57,746 nucleotides of DNA. Source: Folioceros fuciformis. Taxonomy: Eukaryota. Where the stretch lies: NCBI GenBank assembly GCA_049999805.1, contig JBNGIO010006370.1, positions 59,329 through 117,074 on the forward strand, in the 5' to 3' direction. Numbering within the stretch: the stretch's first letter is position 1; every line of letters starts with the position of its first letter. A program made the position numbers and the translations under genes. The notes below the pieces were generated by a model that saw only the letters and a list, made by a program, of their open reading frames with translations, made no database searches and was not told the DNA's origin. This document shows, in pieces, positions 47,325 through 57,746 of this stretch.

Positions 47325-49634
47325 ATGGGTGTGAAAATGAATGACCTCATTGCAGCATTGATATTGTTGCAAATGTTGGGAAATACTATGGGAAGCAGAG
47401 ATGTAACCATGAAGATGATCGTATTTGGAGACTCATTTGTTGATATTGGCAATAATAACTACAGGAACACAATTGGCATTGCTAGAGCAGATTTCCCACC
47501 ATATGGTACTGATTTCATTGGTGGTAGGGCTACAGGAAGGCATTCTAATGGCATGCTTATTGTAGACATGTTGGCTGCTAAATCAAAATTCCATTCTTAC
47601 CCACCTCCATACCTTAATGCAAGTCATACAACTTATATTACAGGTCCTGGAGTCAATTTGGCATCCGCATGTTCTGGGCTCCTAAATAATACTGGTCACC
47701 AATATGGCAAGGTGATTCCGTTATCTGAACAACTTTTATTATTCAAGAGTGATATCTTGACTGCGGTAAGAGCTTCTATTGGATACCACGATAGTATTAC
47801 TCTTGTTAAACAAACCTTGTTCCATATATCAGTAGGGACAAATGATGTAGCAGAACATGTGATGTCAGGCCATAAACTAGATGATGAATTTAGAAATAAC
47901 CTACTTGGTAATTATACATGCTTTCTTCAAAATTTGTATAGTTTGGGTGCTCGATTTTTTTCTCTAACAGATATTCCAGCACTTGGCTGTACCCCTCATA
48001 TGAGAGCAAGATTCAAACCAACAGACAATACAATGTGTGTCTCCTTTTTGAACGAATGGGTTCACAACTTCAACAAGGAGCTTGAAATCAAGCTTGACCA
48101 ATTTCAATTAGAATTTTCAGAGTCGAAGATTCACATTGCACCGTTATTTAATGTAACAAATCATGTATCCCATAATCCTGTCAAACATGGATTTACTAAG
48201 AATGAGGCTTGTTGTGGAGCAGGATTATACAATGGTGAGCATAGATGCAATATTTCTTCAAACATTTGCAATGACACTGGTGATTATGTGTGGTTTGATG
48301 CATTGCATCCAAGTGAGCACACAAACAGATTAATATCAAATGCAATGTGGAAGTGTAAGCATAATGCTTCAAATACCAATTCGTCACGTCTATCAACTAT
48401 TGAACACTTAATTGATCTTATAATTGATTTCATACAACAAATAGATGGTGTTAAGGGCAGCTCTCCATCACCGAGTTTGGCTCCTGATAACAATAATAAA
48501 GGAGACACAATACTTACAAATGCAACTAAAAGTGGAGGTGATATGGCTCCTTCAAATTTGCATGATCCTTCCTTTGATGAAGGGTCTCCAGAGCCGGATC
48601 CGTATTGGTTTGATGAAGGGTCTCCTGTGCCAGATCCGTATGATGATTATAGTGATATATCTCCAAAAGCTTCTCCTTCAAATATGCCCGATCCTGATTA
48701 TGATGATGTACCTCCTAAGCCAGATCCAAATGGTAATTCTCCATCGAAGACACCTTCACAGTATGAGCCTTCGCAAGCTCCTTCTCAGGATAAGTCTCCC
48801 CATCCGCAAGCTCCTTCTCAACATGAGTCTCCACATCCACAAGCTCCTTCTTATGAGAAGCCTCAACATGGTTCTTCAGAGGCTCCTTCTCATGACAAGC
48901 CTCAACATGGTTCTTCAGAGGCTCCTTCTCATGACAAGCCTCAACATGGCTCTTCACAAGATCCTCCTCATGACAAGCCTCAACATGGTTCTTCAGAGGC
49001 TCCTTCTCATGACAAGCCTCAACATGGTTCTTCACAGGCTCCTTCTCAGGACAAGCCTCAACATGATTCTTCACACGCTCCTTCTTATGACAAGCCTCAA
49101 CATGATCCCCAGCAGGATAAGCCTTCACGAGCTCCTGATTGGAATGAGCCTCCACAAGCTCCCCAACGGGATAAGCCTACACAAGCTCCTCATTGGAATG
49201 AGCCTCCACAAGCTCCCCAGCGGGATAAGCCTACACAAGCTCCTCATTGGGATGAGCCTCCACAAGCTCCCCAACAGGATAAGCCTGCACAAGGTCCTCA
49301 TTGGTACGAGCCTCCACAAGATCCCCAGCAGGATAAGCCTGCACAAGCTCCTCATTGGGATGAGCCTCCACGAGATCCGCAGCGGGATAAGCCTGCACAA
49401 GCTCCTCATTGGGATGAGCCTTCAGAGACTCCCTCCCAAGACAAGCCTTTACATAATCCTCCCCCTCTTTTGTCACAAGATCCTTCAAAAAGTTTTCCCT
49501 CTTGTGTAGCACTTAACAATTCAAAAGATTATGGTCTCTTGCGGTATTATGGAAAGGCCAATCCTCGTGCTAAGCCGTTCTTGATTTTAATCATAGTTGC
49601 AATAGTTGAGGTTCTGACTCATTCTCTATTTTAA
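47325..49634 (+). CDS. Intronless secreted GDSL/SGNH esterase-lipase with long Pro-rich repeat C-terminus and hydrophobic tail
   Basis: Signal-like LIAALILLQMLG; FGDSFVDIGNN, DFPPYG, GRHSNG, GVNLASA, GTND, WFDALHPSE; then (APSHDKPQHGSSE)n and (APHWDEPPQAPQQDKPAQ)n; ends FLILIIVAIVEVLTHSLF. Confidence 0.88.
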   Translation: MGVKMNDLIAALILLQMLGNTMGSRDVTMKMIVFGDSFVDIGNNNYRNTIGIARADFPPYGTDFIGGRATGRHSNGMLIVDMLAAKSKFHSYPPPYLNASHTTYITGPGVNLASACSGLLNNTGHQYGKVIPLSEQLLLFKSDILTAVRASIGYHDSITLVKQTLFHISVGTNDVAEHVMSGHKLDDEFRNNLLGNYTCFLQNLYSLGARFFSLTDIPALGCTPHMRARFKPTDNTMCVSFLNEWVHNFNKELEIKLDQFQLEFSESKIHIAPLFNVTNHVSHNPVKHGFTKNEACCGAGLYNGEHRCNISSNICNDTGDYVWFDALHPSEHTNRLISNAMWKCKHNASNTNSSRLSTIEHLIDLIIDFIQQIDGVKGSSPSPSLAPDNNNKGDTILTNATKSGGDMAPSNLHDPSFDEGSPEPDPYWFDEGSPVPDPYDDYSDISPKASPSNMPDPDYDDVPPKPDPNGNSPSKTPSQYEPSQAPSQDKSPHPQAPSQHESPHPQAPSYEKPQHGSSEAPSHDKPQHGSSEAPSHDKPQHGSSQDPPHDKPQHGSSEAPSHDKPQHGSSQAPSQDKPQHDSSHAPSYDKPQHDPQQDKPSRAPDWNEPPQAPQRDKPTQAPHWNEPPQAPQRDKPTQAPHWDEPPQAPQQDKPAQGPHWYEPPQDPQQDKPAQAPHWDEPPRDPQRDKPAQAPHWDEPSETPSQDKPLHNPPPLLSQDPSKSFPSCVALNNSKDYGLLRYYGKANPRAKPFLILIIVAIVEVLTHSLF
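48760..49450 (+). repeat. Coding tandem repeats with 33-, 39- and 54-nt units
   Basis: GCTCCTTCTCATGACAAGCCTCAACATGGTTCTTCAGAG repeated about 6 times; GCTCCTCATTGGGATGAGCCT... repeated about 6 times. Confidence 0.9.
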
Positions 49635-50415
49635 TTATAGTTGCAATAAATGAGGTTGTGAGTCATTCTCTATTTTAATCATAGATGCAATACCTTTAAG
49701 TACTATACCATTGTTTTGAATTCATGCACATGGAACATTGGAGTTCAAAATTCATGGACCCCATCGTTATTTTAAGTTTATTAAGTTATGCATGTTAGTG
49801 TTGGTGGAACACAATCAACAATCTAGGCGCACAAGTCAAGTCACCTGGTTATGGGGATTGGGACTAGTGACCATGTCCCTTGCATTGTCCAGGACACTAT
49901 TATATGTAGACTTTATTACATTAAAAAGGATGTGGAAAGAATCTATCTACTTGAATAGAATGCAAGTGAGAATAATCGATAATAAATAACTATCTTATAA
50001 TTGCTTCCTACATAGAGCATATCAAAATCTTCTTCATTGGCAAATCATTGAGAGTATCATTGCTTGAAGAATAAAATTAGCCTCCCTCTAGCTTGCATCA
50101 AGACTTTGGACGTACAGCCCGAAAGGAACCCGCAAAAGCGTTGTGGGAGCCCTTGGAAAGGGTTGTTTGAGACTTTGGATAGATTTGTGGATACTTAAAT
50201 GACGCTTAAATGAAAGTGTGTGGTAGAAATGGCTGGCCTAAGTACATGTAGCTTTCACACCGAGTGCAGAATTCCATATGGAAAATTTCATACAACTGAA
50301 CTGAAGTAGCCACTGACTTTAGACTTCTTGATGGGCTGATGCCCGGGGCGAGCAGGCAACCGCGATCGCACACTTCTTGTGCCTCTCGGCGTCAGAGAGA
50401 GCGGGTACATGTGTG

Positions 50416-53043
50416 ATGACTACATTTTGGCAACCGGATCCCTTGTGCGCCCAGCAAATCGGTGGGCTCACAGGGATTCTAGGAGGAGCAGCTCCTGGCA
50501 ACCTCATCATAGGGAGGCAATCGCTGGCGAACAACCGGGCCTGTAGGTGCAGCAGGTTAAGGAGCCCAGCACTTTCAATGAAATGGATCTCTGGGGGATG
50601 TGGTGTCTACCAGGAGCCACAGCAGGAGCAGAAACGGGAAGAGGAAGAGGAACAGGAGAAATTGTGGCGGCATTTTTTTCAGGATCCCAGCATGTGGTGG
50701 GATATCAGGCGAGGTAAGAAGGGCTTTTGCTCGCCTGATTTCCGGCATAAGGGGTCCGGCGAGGTCCTGTGGTTAAACAATGTGTTCAAGCCTGCTTGGG
50801 TGGATGAGCAGCTCGTTTCTTTGGATATGCACACGGCTCATGGCACCTCTCTTTCCAAGTCAAGCTCCCCGAATAAGCCTGAGCCTTGCAGGCTTGCAGG
50901 ATTGGAAATGGGCATTGTAACTGATGTGACAGTGAGCACGTTATGTCAGCAGGGGAAGCTTGGTGCGGCCGTTGGGGCCCTTGAATTTTTGGTTCGGACA
51001 GACTACCCTATTCCACAGTTTCTCTTCTACACTGTGCTGAAATTGTGCGCAGCTAAGAAGGATCTGGTTCTGGGGCGACGAGTTCATGATCTCGTTGTCA
51101 AACTTGGGCACGAGTCAAGTGCATACTTGGGGAACCATATCTTGCGCATGTATGTATCTGGGGGAAGGCTGCAAGAGGCCATGGATGTGTTCACCAGGGT
51201 CGGGAAACCAGATGCCTTCATGTGGTTTTCCATAATCTCCGCATATGTTAAACATGGGAAGCCTAGAGAGGCCATACAACTTTACCATGACATGCGCACA
51301 TCAGGCGTGAAGGCAGATTCTCATGTCTTTGTGGCAGCCCTTCACGCTTGTGCATTTGCTGCGGACTTGGAGTCTGGCAGGAAAGTGCACTCTGATGTGT
51401 TGTACAGTGGCATTCCTCCTGACCTGTTCGTTGGCAACTGCCTGGTGGACATGTATGCCAAATGTGGCGAATTGGACGATGCACGCAGGGTTTTTGACAG
51501 CTTGCCCACGAAAGATGTGGTGACCTGGACGGCCCTAATAGCAGGCTATGCTAATCTTGGGCTGGGCCATGAGGCGCTTGCTCTGTATGAACGCATGGAG
51601 CAGGAGAGCCTGATTGTCGGTAACCATGTCACTTTTGCTCTCCTTCTAAAGGCCTGTGCAAGCGCCGGTGCATTACGAAAGGGCAGGGAGTTGCACTGTG
51701 AGATTGTGGAACGAGGCCAGCTGGATAACATACATGTGGGCACTTGCTTGGTGGATATGTATGCAAAGTGTGGCGAACTGGAAGATGCACGAAGGGTTTT
51801 CGACGACATGCCAACAAAAAATGTGGTGACATGGACAGCCCTGATCGCCGGGTACGCACAGCAAGGGCTTGGGCAAGAGGCGCTGGCTCTGTATGGACGA
51901 ATGGAACAGGAGGGCGTGATTCTGGCTGACCACGTCACCTTCGCTTGCCTGCTGCAGGCCTGTGCAAGTGCTGGTGCCCTACAAAAGGGCAGGCAGCTGC
52001 ACTCGCAGATTCTGAAAAGGGGGAAGCTGGATGACAAGCTTGTTGGAGCTTGCTTGGTGGATATGTATGCAAAGTGTGGTGAAATGGAGGATGCACGCCA
52101 GGTTTTCGACAGCTTGGCCACAAAAAATGTGGTGACATGGACGGCCCTGATTGGCGGGTTCGGTGCTTGCGATGAAGGTCACAACGCATTAGCTTGTTTT
52201 GAGGAGATGCTAGTCGCTGGCATTCAGCCTGACGACGCTACATTTACTTGCCTTTTAGCAGCATGCGGTCACATGGGACTGGTTAATGAGGGTCGCAAGC
52301 ACTTCGATTCCATGCTTGAACAACATGGCGTCAAACCTACTATGGAGCACTACAATTGCATGATTGATCTTCTTGGTCGTGCAGGCCAATTACATGAGGC
52401 AGAGAACATGCTACTATCATGTGAGAGCCAGATGAATATTGTGGGGTTGACGTCTTTGCTCAATGCCTGCAAGAATCATGGAGATGTAGAGAGGGCAGCG
52501 CGGTGTTTTGAGAGTCTCGTGAGATTGCAACCTCACAGTGCATCCCCATATGTACTCATGGCCAATGCCTATGCAGATGCTGGAAGGTGGGCCGATGTAG
52601 ACAGGGTTGAAACACTGAGAATGGCAGCAGGAGCCAATAAGAAACCTGCAGTGGCCGGCATCGAGGTGAAGGAGCAGGTGCACACATTTGTGGTGGGGGA
52701 GAGGACAGATGACATTGCTCTCAAGTTAGAGAGCACTAATGCGCGTCTGAAGCAGGAAGGAGGACACGAACCAAACACAAAGTTGGTGCTGAAGCCACTG
52801 TCTGAGAAGGAAAAGGAGGATGCTCTTTGCGGGCATGCTGAGAAGCTAGCTTTGGCGTTTGGTCTCTTAAACACTCCTAGTGGCATACCTCTGGTGGTAA
52901 CCAAGAATCTGCGCATGTGCAGTGACTGCCACAGCTCCACCGAGATCATGTCCAGGGTTGAAAATAGAGACATTGTCGTGAGGGATGGATACCGTGTGCA
53001 TCGATTCGCAGATGGACGTTGCAGTTGCAAGAATCGACCATGA
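50416..53043 (+). CDS. PLS-PPR protein with DYW:KP domain ending KNRP and an N-terminal PDF-like motif; paralog of 42696-46196
   Basis: ATG 50416 (MTTFWQPDPLCAQQIGGLTGIL) parallels MGVVWHPDPVWAQQIGGCTGIL; three LVDMYAKCGE units; HAEKLA; CSDCH; CSCKNRP*. Confidence 0.94.
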   Translation: MTTFWQPDPLCAQQIGGLTGILGGAAPGNLIIGRQSLANNRACRCSRLRSPALSMKWISGGCGVYQEPQQEQKREEEEEQEKLWRHFFQDPSMWWDIRRGKKGFCSPDFRHKGSGEVLWLNNVFKPAWVDEQLVSLDMHTAHGTSLSKSSSPNKPEPCRLAGLEMGIVTDVTVSTLCQQGKLGAAVGALEFLVRTDYPIPQFLFYTVLKLCAAKKDLVLGRRVHDLVVKLGHESSAYLGNHILRMYVSGGRLQEAMDVFTRVGKPDAFMWFSIISAYVKHGKPREAIQLYHDMRTSGVKADSHVFVAALHACAFAADLESGRKVHSDVLYSGIPPDLFVGNCLVDMYAKCGELDDARRVFDSLPTKDVVTWTALIAGYANLGLGHEALALYERMEQESLIVGNHVTFALLLKACASAGALRKGRELHCEIVERGQLDNIHVGTCLVDMYAKCGELEDARRVFDDMPTKNVVTWTALIAGYAQQGLGQEALALYGRMEQEGVILADHVTFACLLQACASAGALQKGRQLHSQILKRGKLDDKLVGACLVDMYAKCGEMEDARQVFDSLATKNVVTWTALIGGFGACDEGHNALACFEEMLVAGIQPDDATFTCLLAACGHMGLVNEGRKHFDSMLEQHGVKPTMEHYNCMIDLLGRAGQLHEAENMLLSCESQMNIVGLTSLLNACKNHGDVERAARCFESLVRLQPHSASPYVLMANAYADAGRWADVDRVETLRMAAGANKKPAVAGIEVKEQVHTFVVGERTDDIALKLESTNARLKQEGGHEPNTKLVLKPLSEKEKEDALCGHAEKLALAFGLLNTPSGIPLVVTKNLRMCSDCHSSTEIMSRVENRDIVVRDGYRVHRFADGRCSCKNRP

Positions 53044-53857
53044 AATGATGAGGAGGAACTCAGAATTTTGCTCTAGTCCCCTGTAACACACGATTTGTAC
53101 TTCGGTCCTTCAATGTAGGTTCATGACTCGTTACCGGATGGGACCCAGGTAATCGCCATGTCTGCAAAGGCCCGGCTCGTTATTGCCGGGCTGCCCAGAT
53201 TTGCCTGCAAGTTGTGAGTTCGTAAGAGATTGCCCGAGCCATCACCAACAGTCCTATCGTTGTCCATCTCCACGATGATCCCAGGACCGAAAACGAACTT
53301 CCTGACCGCGGCGATTGGTACGTTCAGACAGCCAAGCAATAGGATCAGAGGTTGATGTGACTGGTTCACTTCAGGCAGTCAGGTTAGTCAAGTCCGATAT
53401 TGCTGAGTTGTTAGGTTTCAGACTGCCAGGCAATTTGATGGTGATGCGATTGTTATGAATGAAAGAAAGTTCGGGGTTGGTGTCGGAGGCAAGTCATCCG
53501 TGTCCGGACAGGCGGACAGCCTATGAGAAAGTGTCCGCTGGTAGCTGCTGGGATTGTGGAGGGCTTTGCCAGGCAAGCGCCAGGGTTAGCTGGCTGCCAG
53601 CAAGTCCTGCACTCTCCCTGCTCGACCAGCTTCGTTCCCGCCCCTTGAGGCCCTTAAGGCACCATGGCGGCCTCCCCGAATTCCATGCACAGCTGCTCGC
53701 AGTTCTTCGCTTCCATGCCCTCTCCTTGCTTTTATCACATCTCCTGCTACATTACTTCAGCAACCGCGTCTTTCGCTCCTCTCGCATTCGGCACCTGCCA
53801 TACCAGAGCTGCTCCTCCTCCTTCGCCGGCGGCAAGTCTCACACATTTCGGGAAGAA

Positions 53858-54846
53858 ATGGCGGCGTACGACGTCCCGTGCATCGGCATTATCCTCCTGC
53901 TGGCACTCACGGCGGCACAATCGCAAGCCAGGGTTCCATCCAGCTCCGACGAGCATCCTGGAAGGCGAGAGCTGAAGGCCTTGGTGCCGAAGCAGCCCCT
54001 GGTCCTGGAGTACCATGGCGGGAAGGTGCTCGGGGAAGGCGCTGGCATTAACGTCTACTTCTTGTGGTACGGCGCCTTCTCGAGGGGCCAAAAGAACATC
54101 CTCAACGGTTTCATCAAGTCCATCGAGCTTAGCGGGGGAAGGAACCCAAGCCCAAGCGTGACCAGCTGGTGGAAGCTGACTGCCGGGTACAAGGATAACA
54201 GAGGCAACGCCGTCCCCGCGGCCGTGAAGCTGGCAGGACAGGCAACAGACACTGGCTCCATCGGCAAGAATCTGAAGAGGGCGGACCTGGAATCATTGGT
54301 GCAGCAGGCTCTGGACTCCAAGAAGCTCCCGGTGGACGCGCATGGCCTCTACTTCCTCCTCACCGCAGCCGACATAGCAGTGGAGGACTTCTGCACAAGT
54401 TCGTGCGGCAGACACTCCGTGCTCCAGGGATCCGCCAAGCTCCCCTTTGCCTGGGTGGGGAACTCAGGCATTCAATGCCCCGGGATGTGCGCCTGGCCCT
54501 TCGCCCCCCCGGCCTTCCCCGGCGCCCCCGCCACCGCCCCGGCCAAGGCCCCCAACGGTGACGTCGGCATCGACGGCATGGTGATTAACGTCGCTTCCAT
54601 GCTGGCCGGCGCCAGCACCAATCCCTTCGGCAACGCTTTCTACCAGGGCGACGCCCTGGCGCCCTTGGAAGCTGCCACAGCCTGCACCGGCAACTACGGC
54701 GCCAACTCCTTCCCCGGCTACCCGGCGACCTCCGCACCGACGCCACCACCGGAGGCAACTTCAACGTGTATGGCCACAGGAGGAGACGGTACCTGGTACC
54801 AGCGCTGTGGAATCCTGCCACCTCCACCTGCGCCGTGTCCGCCTAA
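53858..54846 (+). CDS. EXORDIUM/PHI-1 family secreted protein with a 1-nt frameshift near 54722
   Basis: Signal peptide; LEYHGGKVL, YFLWYG, SVTSWW, FC..SCGRH, WVGNS..QCPGMCAWPF, PNGDVGIDGM, PLEAATAC; canonical end GDLRTDATTGGNFNVYG..RYLVPALWNPATSTC* lies in the shifted frame. Confidence 0.88.
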
Positions 54847-55010
54847 AGACGCCTTGCCTTTCGGCGACTTTCAACTCCAATTTTGTTAGTGGGACGAGAG
54901 TGTAAATGTCCTTTCAGGCACTAGGCCTGCAAAAGGACTATTCTTTTTGTGTACACATTGTGCACGCACTCGTAAATAAATTGCAGTCTGCTACATATGG
55001 CATGCCAAAG

Positions 55011-55435
55011 CGGACATTCTCTCACATTTTATAATTTTTTTCTTGACATTCTTTCATATTTTATAACTTTTTTTGGGACATACTCTCACATTTTGTAACT
55101 TTCTTATAGACATTCTCTCACATTTTATAACTTTCTTCTGGACATTCTCTCACATCTTGCAACTTTTGGATATTCTCTCACATCTTATAATTTTCTCAAT
55201 GGACATTCTCTCTTATCTTGTAACTTTCTTCTGGACATCTTGCAACTTTTGGATATTCTCTCACATCTTGTAANNNNNNNNNNNNNNNNNNNNNNNNNNN
55301 NNNNNNNNNNNNNNNNNNNNNNNNNNNNNNNNNNNNNNNNNNNNNNNNNNNNNNNNNNNNNNNNNNNNNNNNNTCTTCTGGACATCTTGCATCTTTTGAA
55401 CATTCTCTCACATTTTGTAACTTTCTTCTTGAATA
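55011..55435. repeat. About 32-bp tandem repeat spanning a 100-N assembly gap (55274-55373)
   Basis: GGACATTCTCTCACATTTTATAACTTTCTTCT variants on both sides of the Ns. Confidence 0.85.
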
Positions 55436-56800
55436 TCAAGGGATATATGTGCCCTCTTTTTCGAGTTGCGCTTTGGTAAACAAACCAACTTAAAGGGGAC
55501 ATAGCATTCGGAAATAGAAGCACACATGCAGCCTCATGAAGGGGAAAATATATGGGAATATGGATACCGTATATGTATTAATATGTATAAAAAAATCGGG
55601 GGAGGGGGTGGCAGAGGTGGTGGTGTATGTATATGGAAAATGGAAGATAGGAGCACGAGAGATGGGGATAGAGGAGCGAAACACGAGACAGGAGCCTCCG
55701 GAGCAAAGAGGAGATCCAAGCAGCCTCACATGCCAGAGCAAATCAGAAGTGCTGGTTGGGGTGGGATTAGGTGTCGAGGCATTAGCGTTAATCGACGGTG
55801 GCGGGGTTGGATTGCCCAGCAATATTTTTGCCAAGCCTATTACCAAACCTAAATTCAAACCTTCCCAACCCTATGGTCCATACTAGACCTAAACTTTTCC
55901 AGGCTTGGGACCAAACGAACGTATACCCACTCTAATAACCAAACTAATTATTTACCAGTCAATATTTAGAAAAAGAAAATCAAACCATATCATTATTCAC
56001 CCTTTTTAATCAAACAAACCACTACCCCAAACTTTGGAGGTTCACACCATCTAAGGGGACTGGCTAGCCTGATAGTAGTAAAGGCTTCCGCCCATATGGT
56101 TTTCTTCCGTAGCTGAGCCCTCTCTACTCCAACTTTGGCCCCCCAATTGAGGAGGACAAGGAGGACTATATCCTTATCTTGAGCAAGTACCCAAACATGA
56201 GATTATCTGCTAGATGCAAGTCCCCATAGTTTGCTTGAGGGGAAGAGGTTGCCAATGCAGTCACTATAGATTGCAGAAGACCCTCCAAAGCCTCTATTTT
56301 CATGGAACTATGTCATCATCAACCCTTTAGGCTGGATGACAAAGGGATACACAATAGGGTAATAGGCAAGGGCCACATATACTTTCCATGTTGGATTATT
56401 GTATTTTTATCTCCCTTGCTCTTGAAACCACTACTATGATCATGGGCAAGGAGTTTTTGACGCTTATTAATAAATATGCAAAAGTTTCTTGCATTTACAA
56501 GAATAGGCTTCTCCTCCTTTCCTTCCTTCCTAATTCTAGAAGTGCCCCATTCTATCTAAGTTATCTATCTACACTTAAAGCTAAAGTTTATCCTTAATAT
56601 AAAATGATAGAATATTATTTTATCAAAAGAAAAAAATCAAATAATGATACGAAGTAACTACAAAATAAAACTAGTCTTTCTATATAATATTTATTATACA
56701 TATATATATATATATAATTGAATAAATATAGTGTAATTTTTAGGGTTGTGCAGTATATACGACAATGATTTAACAATTAATTATCTTTGTAGCTTACTTA

Positions 56801-57232
56801 TTAAGGTCTAATTGGACAAAAATCTGGAAGTTCTGTGGAATATGATAGTTGACAATTAAGTCTTCGGCAAATGGCTCTTCTCCTTCTTTCACAATATATT
56901 CCTAAACACTCTAACCTTGCAATTTCCAAGCAAATAACACATTCGTGAATTTTATCCTCTGTAATAGGTCCTACAGACTTGCATTCAGACGATCCTCTGA
57001 AGTAAAGAGGACTGGTCCATGTCATGCTGTAAGGTTCTCCATGAGCAAAGTATTCTGCCCCTTTTTCCACCAATATCTGAGCACCAGCATTTATCACTCC
57101 AATGTAACGGTCAAGTAACCATAACTTCTCTATCTCAGGGCCACATATGTAATTGCTGTCTTCTGGTGGTAGTTCTGGGGCACATTGTAGGGACCTTATT
57201 TGTAATAGTAACAACACAAAGATAATGATCAT
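56801..57232 (-). CDS. Small secreted Cys-rich protein, single Gnk2/DUF26-like domain
   Basis: Signal MIIIFVLLLLQIRSLQC; ECx13CxxCLEIA...C..RRRA......C.L.YS pattern resembles the DUF26 C-terminal half. Confidence 0.55.
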   Translation of the reverse strand: MIIIFVLLLLQIRSLQCAPELPPEDSNYICGPEIEKLWLLDRYIGVINAGAQILVEKGAEYFAHGEPYSMTWTSPLYFRGSSECKSVGPITEDKIHECVICLEIARLECLGIYCERRRRAICRRLNCQLSYSTELPDFCPIRP

Positions 57233-57746
57233 TGGATAATTTGGGAGCTTAATTTTTCTTCTTATGACACTTTAAAGATTCCAACAAGTAAGGACTCGAT
57301 GTAGCAAAATATAAGAAAATATGTACTTATCAATGCGAGGCGGGGCACAAACTATTATGTTAGGAAAGTATACTCTTGAAGTCGAATTGGCTTGTTTGAT
57401 AAGCCTAGAAAGTTCGAGAAGCAGAAGAAAATGTTCAAATATGAAAACAACACGTCATTGGTGTCTTACAGTAGGAGTCTATTTATGTGTACAAATATCT
57501 TCTCATTAATGCATAAATTATTGATAAACATTGATGAATGTAAGACCCAATTCGTGCTACAAAATGTGCTTGTTGGAACACGAAAGAATAAGATATGCTA
57601 AATGTGATCATATTCTGAAATTGACACAGTTTGGTCAAATTTTAGAATTTTAAAAATTCCATATTCAATTTACACGTATTTCTAGAAAAATGATTTGATG
57701 CACTTGTCACATGTTGTAGTACTGTGGAATTTAACAAAAATTGATG

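Noticed and set aside
48445-49509. 354-aa Leu/Met-rich ORF overlapping the GDSL gene
   Set aside because: Shadow frame produced by tandem repeats whose unit lengths are multiples of three
53459-53857. N-terminal extension of the EXORDIUM ORF
   Set aside because: The signal peptide begins at ATG 53858; the upstream part looks like open 5' UTR or promoter sequence

Overview
Eukaryotic land-plant nuclear DNA. It is most likely a hornwort such as Anthoceros, inferred from short introns and PPR proteins with DYW:KP-type ends (DRH/GRP/NRP) and a WW-type PG box. The window holds three intact intronless PLS-PPR genes with DYW:KP domains (candidate U-to-C organellar RNA editing factors), a WW-type PLS-PPR gene with a frameshifted E+ tail, and a divergent PPR pseudogene. 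It also has a 14-exon MCTP (C2/PRT_C) gene, a ~10-exon NUP1/NUP136-like FG nucleoporin, an intronless GDSL esterase fused to a long Pro-rich repeat stalk, an EXORDIUM/PHI-1 gene with a 1-nt frameshift, and a small secreted Gnk2/DUF26-like protein. The 13-28 kb region is a transposon nest. A young Ty1/copia element (192-bp LTRs with TG..CT ends, CAATG target duplication) sits inside an older copia, and both carry extra ORFs. The most striking observation is that all three DYW:KP PPR proteins carry, N-terminal to the PPR array, a ~50-aa motif resembling the PDF ssDNA-binding module of plant OSB proteins. All calls come from motif recognition by eye; no searches were run.
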